Positions 49,119-57,037 of a DNA stretch of 64,000 nt are shown here, piece by piece. Made by a program: the position numbers and the translations under genes. The notes below the pieces were generated by a model, which was not told where the DNA came from, ran no database searches, and was given only the letters and a program-made list of their open reading frames with translations. Within the stretch, counting starts at the first letter, position 1. Every line of letters begins with the position of its first letter. This stretch comes from an uncultured bacterium (GTDB lineage Bacteria > SAR324 > NAC60-12): positions 1 through 64,000 of the forward strand of contig CBFIGY010000014.1 in NCBI GenBank assembly GCA_965662235.1. The letters run 5' to 3'.

Positions 49119-50825
49119 ATGTCCCTGCTTCCCTTTCGCCGCTCCAGTCGCACCGTCCGCATCGGAGACCTTGCTGTTGGAGGCCAAGAGCCCATCCGCA
49201 TTCAGTCCATGCTGACCTCTGACACCACAGATGTTGCCGCATGCTTGGCTGAAATTGAGCGGCTGGATGCCGTTGGGTGCGAGATGATCCGGGTCACGGC
49301 GCCGAACCAGAAGTCTGTGGAAGCCCTTGGCCGCATCCACGCTGGCATGCGGGAACGCGGCATCACCCGCCCTCTGATTGCCGACATCCACTTCAATCCG
49401 GCGCTGGCGGTGGGAGCCTGCGAGTTTGTTGAGAAGGTCCGGATCAACCCAGGCAACTATGCCGACCGCAAGAAGTTTGAGGTCCGGGAGTACTCAGAGG
49501 ACCAGTATGCTGAGGAATTGGAGCGCATTGAGCAGTCCCTCCTGCCTCTGATCGCCAACCTCCAGCGTTACGGACGGGCGCTCCGGATTGGCACCAACCA
49601 CGGTTCGCTCTCCGACCGTATCATGAACCGTTACGGCGACTCTCCGGAAGGCATGGTTCAGTCGGCCCTCGAGTTCCTCCGCATCTTCCGCAAGCACCAG
49701 TATCACGACATCGTCCTCTCCATGAAGTCCTCTAACCCAATGGTGATGATGCAGGCGTACCGGTTGTTGGTGAAGCGGATGGACGAGGAGGGAATGGACT
49801 ACCCACTCCACCTGGGCGTTACTGAAGCAGGGTTCGGCCCTGACGGACGCCTCAAGAGCGCTGTGGGCATTGGCGGGCTCCTCGCCGACGGACTGGGGGA
49901 CACCATCCGCGTCTCCCTCACTGAACCTGCGGAGAATGAAATCCCTGCGGCCCGGCAGATTCTGGAAGAAGTCCAAGGGCAAACCTCGGTGGCTCAACGG
50001 CAACAGGCGTCCTTCAGCGGAACCCTGCAAAAGGGCGAGTTGATTCCGGAAGGCCCCCACGTCACGGCCACCGCCTCGGTGGACCTACAGGGCCTTGAAG
50101 TCGGAGGCTCCGCGCCGTTCCGCCTGCTGGCGCTCAGCGACTACACCATTCCCGGACTCGGCCATGAGGTCTTTGACAGCCTGCTCCAAAGGGACCAAGC
50201 GGGCTCCGTGCCGTTCCGCCTGCTCCAGGCGCCAGAAGCCGCCTCGACGACGCATCCGGAGCTGCTGCTGCTGGACGCAGAGCACCCGCTCGGGCTGGTC
50301 CGGGAGTGGCGCCAGCAGCTTGACCAGGCAGAGACCCCGTGGCCGATCGGATTTGTGCTGCCGGCCATGGAGCCCGACGCCCTGCCCCTTGGGCTCGCTG
50401 CGGAGCTGGGCACCCTGATTGCGGACGGCCTCCTGCAGGCCCTCGTGTGCCCCACAGCCAACTCAGAGGCGCCGGAGGTTGAGTTTGCGCAGATGCTGCT
50501 GCAGGCCACCCGGGTCCGACTCTACAAGGCTGACTTCATCTCCTGCCCTTCCTGCGGACGGACCTTCTTTGACCTGCAAACCACCACTGCCCACATCAAG
50601 GAACGCACCGCGCACCTCAAGGGCGTCAAGATTGCGGTCATGGGCTGTGTCGTCAATGGTCCCGGCGAGATGGCCGATGCGGATTTTGGCTACGTTGGTG
50701 CAGGACCCGGCAAGGTGCACCTCTACAAGGGACAGGAACAGGTGGCCCGGAACATTCCCTCCGAACAGGCGGTCGATCGTCTGATTGAGCTGCTCCAGGA
50801 AAACGGCGTCTGGAAAAATCCCTGA
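49119..50825 (+). CDS. ispG: HMBPP synthase IspG, long form with insert
   Basis: IQSM, ADIHF, RINPGN, RIGTNHGSLS, HLGVTEAG, SCPSCGRT, MGCVVNGPGE. Confidence 0.95.
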   Translation: MSLLPFRRSSRTVRIGDLAVGGQEPIRIQSMLTSDTTDVAACLAEIERLDAVGCEMIRVTAPNQKSVEALGRIHAGMRERGITRPLIADIHFNPALAVGACEFVEKVRINPGNYADRKKFEVREYSEDQYAEELERIEQSLLPLIANLQRYGRALRIGTNHGSLSDRIMNRYGDSPEGMVQSALEFLRIFRKHQYHDIVLSMKSSNPMVMMQAYRLLVKRMDEEGMDYPLHLGVTEAGFGPDGRLKSAVGIGGLLADGLGDTIRVSLTEPAENEIPAARQILEEVQGQTSVAQRQQASFSGTLQKGELIPEGPHVTATASVDLQGLEVGGSAPFRLLALSDYTIPGLGHEVFDSLLQRDQAGSVPFRLLQAPEAASTTHPELLLLDAEHPLGLVREWRQQLDQAETPWPIGFVLPAMEPDALPLGLAAELGTLIADGLLQALVCPTANSEAPEVEFAQMLLQATRVRLYKADFISCPSCGRTFFDLQTTTAHIKERTAHLKGVKIAVMGCVVNGPGEMADADFGYVGAGPGKVHLYKGQEQVARNIPSEQAVDRLIELLQENGVWKNP

Positions 50826-50914
50826 ACGTCCCCCATAATCACGAGGGCTCTTCCTTGAGCCCGCTTTGCTGTGAAGCGCCGCCACCCTTTTTCCAACTCC
50901 ACCGGCCACCCCCT

Positions 50915-52102
50915 ATGCCCATTGCTCAAAGCGTCCGTGAGTCCATGCAGCGATCCTCCTGGATCCGTCAGATGTTTGAAGAAGGCGCCCGCCTCAAGGC
51001 CCTCCATGGCGCCGATCAGGTGCACGACTTTTCCATCGGGAACCCTGTGCTGGAGCCGCCTGCCGCTTTCCATGAGGCTCTGCGGGGACTGCTGGAAACG
51101 CCGGCCCCCGGACTGCATCGCTACATGCCAAACGCCGGGTACCCGGAAGTTCGGGCCTATGAGGCTGCCGAGCTGAAGAACGCCACGGCGCTTGAGTTTG
51201 TCGCAGAAGACATTGTGATGTGCTGCGGCGCCGGAGGAGGCCTGAACGTGGTCCTCAAGGCGATGCTGGACCCCGGAGACGAAGTGATCGCGCTGGCGCC
51301 GTATTTTGTGGAATATGGCTTTTATGCCCAGAACCACGGCGGAGTGCTGAAACCCGTCTCCACCAACGCCCGCTTTCAGCCGGACCTCAACGCCCTCGAC
51401 GCGGCAATTGGTCCCCAAACGAAGGTGGTGCTCGTCAACTCTCCGAACAACCCCACCGGCGTGGTCTACTCGCAGGAAACGCTGGACGCATTGGGAGCCC
51501 TGTTGCAGGAAAAGGAGCGCGAGGTCGGGCACCCGATCTACCTCATTTCTGACGACATCTACCGGCGCCTCACCTACGACGGCGTCACCAGCGGAAACGC
51601 CCTGCTGAGTCACCCCAACAGCCTGCTCGTCACCTCGCACTCCAAGGACCTGGGGCTTCCGGGAGAGCGCATCGGCTACATCGCCGTGAACCCCCAGATT
51701 GAGGAGCGAACGCTGGTGCAGGGGGCCCTGGTGCTGGCCAACCGGGTGCTTGGCTTCGTCAACGCGCCGGGACTGATGCAACGCATCCTGCCACAGATCG
51801 GAGACGCCACCGTTGACATTGCCGCCTATGAGCGCCTCCGGAACCGCTTCCTTGAGGTCCTTGAAGCCTGTCACTTTGACGTCGTCCGGCCCCAAGGGGC
51901 CTTCTACTTCTTCCCGAAGGCTCCGGAAGCGGATGACATCGCCTTTGTCAAACGAGCGCAGGAACAGCGCCTGCTGCTGGTTCCCGGGACCGGATTTGGC
52001 GCGCCGGGTTACTTCCGGATCTCCTTCTGCTGCACCGAGGCCGAGATTGAACGGGCGCAGCCCGCCTTTGAGCAACTGGCCCGTCACTATGGGCTGATCT
52101 GA
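50915..52102 (+). CDS. Class I/II PLP aminotransferase (aspartate aminotransferase-like)
   Basis: SSWIRQMFEEG, NSPNNPTG, SDDIY, SHSKDLGLPGERIG. Confidence 0.9.
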   Translation: MPIAQSVRESMQRSSWIRQMFEEGARLKALHGADQVHDFSIGNPVLEPPAAFHEALRGLLETPAPGLHRYMPNAGYPEVRAYEAAELKNATALEFVAEDIVMCCGAGGGLNVVLKAMLDPGDEVIALAPYFVEYGFYAQNHGGVLKPVSTNARFQPDLNALDAAIGPQTKVVLVNSPNNPTGVVYSQETLDALGALLQEKEREVGHPIYLISDDIYRRLTYDGVTSGNALLSHPNSLLVTSHSKDLGLPGERIGYIAVNPQIEERTLVQGALVLANRVLGFVNAPGLMQRILPQIGDATVDIAAYERLRNRFLEVLEACHFDVVRPQGAFYFFPKAPEADDIAFVKRAQEQRLLLVPGTGFGAPGYFRISFCCTEAEIERAQPAFEQLARHYGLI

Positions 52103-52104
52103 CC

Positions 52105-53136
52105 ATGCCCTTTGCCGACATCCTCGGACAGGAGCAGGCGCTGGAAACCCTCCGGCGGGTGGAACGTCAGGGCCGGATGCCGCACGCTTGGCTCTTCACC
52201 GGACCGGCTCACACCGGACGCTTCCGGGTCGCCGAGGCGCTGGCGCAGTGGCTCAACTGCGAGCAGGCCAGCGGACTTCTGGAAGAACGGAACGATGATG
52301 CCTGTGGCGAATGCCGGGCCTGCCGACAGATCGCAGAACGCAACCACCCCGACTTCCTGGTCCTGGAACCTGACGGAAAGAACATCCGCATGGAGCAGAT
52401 CCACCAGGCGCAGCGGTGGTTGCAGCTGCATGCCGACCGGGCGCGCTGGCGGACCCTCATTCTGGACGGGGCGGAGCACCTCAACCGGGAATCGTCAAAT
52501 GCCTTCCTCAAAACTCTGGAAGAGCCTCCGGAGGGCACCCTCATCATCCTGATTGCCCCGTCTCCTGAACACCTGCTTGAGACCATTGTCTCCCGGTGTC
52601 AGCCGCTGCACTTCCGTCCACTTTCCGATGACGTCATCCGGACGCTGCTGCGGCAGGAGGAAACGCTTTCTGAGGAGCAGATCACCGCCCTGCTGCCTCA
52701 GGCCATGGGAAGCCTGCCAGTGGACCTGCTGGCAAAGGTGGACACCATCCGGACCGTTCAGGAGACGGTGCTGCAGTGGCTGGAACGGCCGGGCCCCGCT
52801 ACCCTCGAGTCCGTTTTGAGCACCGTGGGCGGGTGGGCGAGTCCCAAAAATGACGAATGGCGGCTGATGTTGGACTTTCTTGAGCGCTGGTTCCGGGACG
52901 TGGCATGGCTCCAGCACGGATTAACCGCAGAGCACCTGCTGCATCCGGAGCTGCACGCCTCTGCTCAGCGCGCCGCCACCCGCTTTCCGCCTCAACGGGT
53001 TCAGCACCTGCTGACTCGGCTGACGGAAGTCCGTCACGCCATCCAACTCAATGCAAACAAGGCTCTTGCCCTGGAAGGACTATGGATCGAACTCAACCAC
53101 GCTTCTGGACACGCCTCCCCTTCGCCCTCCTCCTGA
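52105..53136 (+). CDS. holB: DNA polymerase III delta-prime subunit
   Basis: HAWLF.GP, CGECRAC, NHPDF, NAFLKTLEEPP, TIVSRC. Confidence 0.93.
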   Translation: MPFADILGQEQALETLRRVERQGRMPHAWLFTGPAHTGRFRVAEALAQWLNCEQASGLLEERNDDACGECRACRQIAERNHPDFLVLEPDGKNIRMEQIHQAQRWLQLHADRARWRTLILDGAEHLNRESSNAFLKTLEEPPEGTLIILIAPSPEHLLETIVSRCQPLHFRPLSDDVIRTLLRQEETLSEEQITALLPQAMGSLPVDLLAKVDTIRTVQETVLQWLERPGPATLESVLSTVGGWASPKNDEWRLMLDFLERWFRDVAWLQHGLTAEHLLHPELHASAQRAATRFPPQRVQHLLTRLTEVRHAIQLNANKALALEGLWIELNHASGHASPSPSS

Positions 53137-53585
53137 TGCTGCTCGGGGGATTCCTCATCCCGGCTGCTGGGCACGCCCGTCAGCCCACCCCCATGGAGCT
53201 GGAGGTCATTCAGACGGAAACCCGGACGGCCTTTGAGGAATTCCTCAAGCTCTGGCAGGAGGAACGGTACTTTGAGATGTACGAGCACGGACGCCGCCAG
53301 TCGAAGGACCTGATCGGCCTTGAGGAGTATGCCACCCGCATGGTGGAGCTGGACTGGGTTCCGGTGGGGCTCACCGCTCAGACTCCGCCGGTGGTGTCCT
53401 TCCGTTTCCGGACCATGCTCTACGTGGAAGCCACGATCACCTTCCGGCACAAGAGCATCGCCGACCTCCAGTTTGAACGGACCCAGTCGTTCCTCATGCT
53501 GCAGGAAGATGGCGAGTGGCGCTTTGACCTGCTGCAGATGATCCGCTCGCCCTTCTATGTGCCTGTGACGGCCTCCAACCCCTGA
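53082..53585 (+). CDS. Hypothetical exported protein (start may be 53136)
   Basis: Hydrophobic N-terminus, NTF2-like E.GEWRF end; fills the holB-recD2 gap. Confidence 0.6.
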   Translation: MDRTQPRFWTRLPFALLLMLLGGFLIPAAGHARQPTPMELEVIQTETRTAFEEFLKLWQEERYFEMYEHGRRQSKDLIGLEEYATRMVELDWVPVGLTAQTPPVVSFRFRTMLYVEATITFRHKSIADLQFERTQSFLMLQEDGEWRFDLLQMIRSPFYVPVTASNP

Positions 53586-53600
53586 CCGTCCGGACTCGTT

Positions 53601-55814
53601 TTGGCTGACGCGCCCTTCTCTCCTGAGGCTGAGGGACTCGACGAAGTGCTCACCGGGACCCTCCAGCGGGTCGTCTTCTCGCAGCCAGATCGGGGGTTCA
53701 TGATTGCCAAGTTCCTCCTTGAAGACGGCGACACCCTTGTCACCGTCAAGGGCACCCTGTTTCAGGTCAGCGAGCAGGAGACGCTTCGCCTCAAGGGACA
53801 CTGGGAGGAGCACCGAACGTTCGGCCTCCAGTTTGCGGTGGAGGAATTCATGCCCGTCCAGCCCTCGACCCTTGAGGGCATCACCCGTTTCCTGGCTTCC
53901 GGCGTGTTCAAGGGCATCGGCGAAGCCACTGCCCGACGCATTGTCGACAAGTTCGGCACCGACACCTTCGAGATCCTCGACCGCTCTCCAGAGTCCCTCC
54001 TTCGCGTCAAGGGCGTCAACAAGACGCAGTACCGGACCCTGATTGAAGGCTGGGAGGACCAGAAGGGCATGCGGGACGTCCTCAGCTTTCTGCACGGACT
54101 CGGGGTTGCGCCTTCTGTGGCCCAGAAGATCTTTGCGGAATACGGTCTCAATAGCATCCCCAACCTTCAGCACAACCCCTACCAGATCACCGACCTCCCA
54201 GGCGTCGGCTTCCTGACAGCAGACGGCATTGCGCGCAAGCTGGGGTTTGATGAAAACTCTCCGGAACGGGCTCAGGCGGGGCTGCTTTACCTGCTTGAGC
54301 AGCAGGCCATCAATGGGCACACCTGCTTCCCCCGGAACGCGCTGGTGGAGCTGGCGCAACGGGAGCTGCGCATCCTCCCGGATGTCACAGAGCCTGCTTT
54401 TGCACCACTGCTCGAAAGCCGCCAGATCATTGAGCTGCCCGGAGGAGACGAGCCTCGCTTTGCTCAGCTGAAGCTCTTCCATGCGGAACGTCGCATCGCT
54501 GAGAACCTGATGCGCATCCTGAACAGCGATCCGCTGACCACGCTTCCGGACCCGCAGGGGCAGATTCAGCAACAGGAGCACCTGCTGGGCCTGAGCCTTG
54601 ATGAGGCGCAGCGCGAAGCCGTGGAAGCGGCCATGCAGAACAAGGTGCTCATCATCACCGGAGGACCTGGCACCGGGAAGACCACCATCGTCCGCTTCAT
54701 CCTGGCCCTCATCCGTTCGCAGATTCCGAATCTGGCCCTCGCTGCTCCGACAGGTCGAGCCGCCAAGCGTCTCAACGAAGCCACCAAAACCCCGGCTTCC
54801 ACCATTCACCGGCTGCTGGAGGCAAACAACCTTGGCTTCCAGCGCAACCGAGACCTGCCCCTGGAGCAGGAGCTGATTGTCATCGACGAATCGTCCATGA
54901 TCGACACCCTGCTGATGGACGCGCTGCTGCAGGCCGTGCCCCCTTCGTCGCGGCTGTTGCTGGTTGGAGACGTTGATCAGCTGCCCTCTGTTGGACCAGG
55001 GTCGGTGCTCCGGGACTGCATTGAGTCGGAACTGGTGCCGGTGGCTCGGCTAGACCGCATCTTCCGGCAGGCTCAGGACAGCCGCATCACGGTCAACGCC
55101 CACAGCATCCGTCGTGGGATCCTCCCAGATCTGGACCGGGTGGCTTCCGGGGCGGAGCTGCGGGACTTTTACTTCATCCGCGAACCCGATCCGGAGCAGG
55201 TTGCAGAGAAGATTGCCACGCTGGTTGCGGAACGCATCCCCAAACGGTTTGGGCTCGACCCGTTCCAAGAGGTTCAGGTCCTCACTCCCATGCACCGAGG
55301 CATCACGGGTTCTGTGGCGCTCAACCAGAAGCTTCAGCAGATCCTCAATCCCGAAGGCCCGGCAGTGGAACACCGCAGCCGCCTCCTGCGGTTGGGAGAC
55401 AAGGTGATGCAGCAGCAAAATGACTATGAAAAGGAGGTCTTCAATGGAGACACCGGACGGATCCTGAGCGTCGATACCGACACCCGGACGGTGGTGGTGG
55501 AGTTTGATCAGGGGCTGGTGACTTATGAATCAAAGGACCTGGACCAACTGCTGCTGGCCTACGCGATCTCAGTCCATAAGTCTCAGGGAAGTGAGTATCC
55601 GGCAGTGGTCATTCCTCTGACCACACACCACTACGTGATGCTGCAACGGAACCTGCTCTACACGGCTCTCACCCGGGGCAAGCAACTGGTCATCCTTGTC
55701 GGCACCGAACAGGCCGTCCGGCACGCTGTGGAGTCTGAGCAGACACTCGTCCGCTACACCTACCTTCCCGACCAGCTGCAGGACGTCAACGCCCACCTCA
55801 GCCAGTTCCTATAG
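53601..55814 (+). CDS. recD2: RecD2 helicase
   Basis: N-terminal OB/HhH region (KGIGEATA, NPY.....GVGF..AD), GGPGTGKTT, DESSMID, HKSQGSEY, LLYTALTRGK. Confidence 0.93.
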   Translation: MADAPFSPEAEGLDEVLTGTLQRVVFSQPDRGFMIAKFLLEDGDTLVTVKGTLFQVSEQETLRLKGHWEEHRTFGLQFAVEEFMPVQPSTLEGITRFLASGVFKGIGEATARRIVDKFGTDTFEILDRSPESLLRVKGVNKTQYRTLIEGWEDQKGMRDVLSFLHGLGVAPSVAQKIFAEYGLNSIPNLQHNPYQITDLPGVGFLTADGIARKLGFDENSPERAQAGLLYLLEQQAINGHTCFPRNALVELAQRELRILPDVTEPAFAPLLESRQIIELPGGDEPRFAQLKLFHAERRIAENLMRILNSDPLTTLPDPQGQIQQQEHLLGLSLDEAQREAVEAAMQNKVLIITGGPGTGKTTIVRFILALIRSQIPNLALAAPTGRAAKRLNEATKTPASTIHRLLEANNLGFQRNRDLPLEQELIVIDESSMIDTLLMDALLQAVPPSSRLLLVGDVDQLPSVGPGSVLRDCIESELVPVARLDRIFRQAQDSRITVNAHSIRRGILPDLDRVASGAELRDFYFIREPDPEQVAEKIATLVAERIPKRFGLDPFQEVQVLTPMHRGITGSVALNQKLQQILNPEGPAVEHRSRLLRLGDKVMQQQNDYEKEVFNGDTGRILSVDTDTRTVVVEFDQGLVTYESKDLDQLLLAYAISVHKSQGSEYPAVVIPLTTHHYVMLQRNLLYTALTRGKQLVILVGTEQAVRHAVESEQTLVRYTYLPDQLQDVNAHLSQFL

Positions 55815-56861
55815 GCGATTCTTGATCAGCAGTCCGGTCGCCAGCGTCAGAAAGATGAGGCTGCTTCCCCATGCGGCAAACCATGGCACGAGGTACCCCG
55901 TACCGCCCAGGGCCAGGAAGATCTGGTTGAGCATCCAGAACACAATCCCCAGCAAGCAACTCAGGGCCAGCGACTCCGCCGTGGTGCCCCGTCGGTCATG
56001 AGAAGCCGAGAGGGCGAATCCGATGAGCACCATCACAACCAGCGCCACGATGTAAGCAAACTTCTGGTGCAGCTCCACCCAGTACCGGGACACGTCCTGC
56101 CCCTCGCGGCTGAGCCGGATGGCTTCCTGATACAGGGTTTCCAGCGGAAGGTGATGCGGGTCCTGAGACTGCGTAAGGTTGACGGACGGGAACTCATCAA
56201 GCGGGAGCGCTGTTTCCTTGTCCCGGAGTGTGAGCATTCCTGCCTCTTCAAAGAAGCTCTGCTCCACCTTGGGGAAGCGCCAGTACTTTTCCTCGAGGCG
56301 CCCGCGTCCCAGCTCGGTCCGTTCCTTGAGCCGGTAGGGTTGGTTCTCCCAGCGAAACAGCGTCACCCGCCGGACCTCGTTCGCACGCGTCCGGACCCCA
56401 ATGTGGTAGAGCTGGTCTGCCCCTCCGAGGCGCCACAGGGACGGCAACCGTTTCTGCGTTTCCTGCTGGGTCCAGTTCTTCATCATCCACGGCGTTGCAT
56501 AGTGCTGGAGGCCGTAGTTGATCGCGCCAATCCCCAGCGTCAGCGCCAGGATCGGTCCTACCAGGATCCACCCACCAATTCCGGAGGCACTCATCGCCGC
56601 CACCTCAGAGGTCTTGTTCAGTGCCCCGAAGCAGGCGATGGTTGCCAGCAGCACCGTCACTGGCACCACCAGCTCCAGAATCTGCGGCACCTGCAGCGCT
56701 GTCTCCTGCCAGAACCGAATGAACTCCTCCCAGCCCTCAAAGATGTTGGAGAGGTTGCTGAAGACGTTTCCCACCAGGATCATCATCACAAAGGCGGCCA
56801 GCAGGAGCAGGAAGAAACGCAGGAACTCAGAGGCCACGTAACGGGCGATTAACCAGGGCAT
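55809..56861 (-). CDS. LptF/LptG family LPS export permease
   Basis: IARY, P...LLA....G.L...SE..A..ASG; 3+3 TM with periplasmic middle. Confidence 0.85.
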   Translation of the reverse strand: MPWLIARYVASEFLRFFLLLLAAFVMMILVGNVFSNLSNIFEGWEEFIRFWQETALQVPQILELVVPVTVLLATIACFGALNKTSEVAAMSASGIGGWILVGPILALTLGIGAINYGLQHYATPWMMKNWTQQETQKRLPSLWRLGGADQLYHIGVRTRANEVRRVTLFRWENQPYRLKERTELGRGRLEEKYWRFPKVEQSFFEEAGMLTLRDKETALPLDEFPSVNLTQSQDPHHLPLETLYQEAIRLSREGQDVSRYWVELHQKFAYIVALVVMVLIGFALSASHDRRGTTAESLALSCLLGIVFWMLNQIFLALGGTGYLVPWFAAWGSSLIFLTLATGLLIKNRL

Positions 56862-57037
56862 GCAGGGGGTCGATCAGAGAAAAACGGTAAAAAATTCAGC
56901 ATACGGCACGCTCTTGGAAACAAAAAGCCAATTGCAGCCACTGTCCCCGAAACCGGACCCGCCTCCCGCTGTGGACCTCTGCTTGCATCAGGTAGGGGAA
57001 GACAGTCGCCGAATTTTTGCTCAGACGCTAGGAACGG

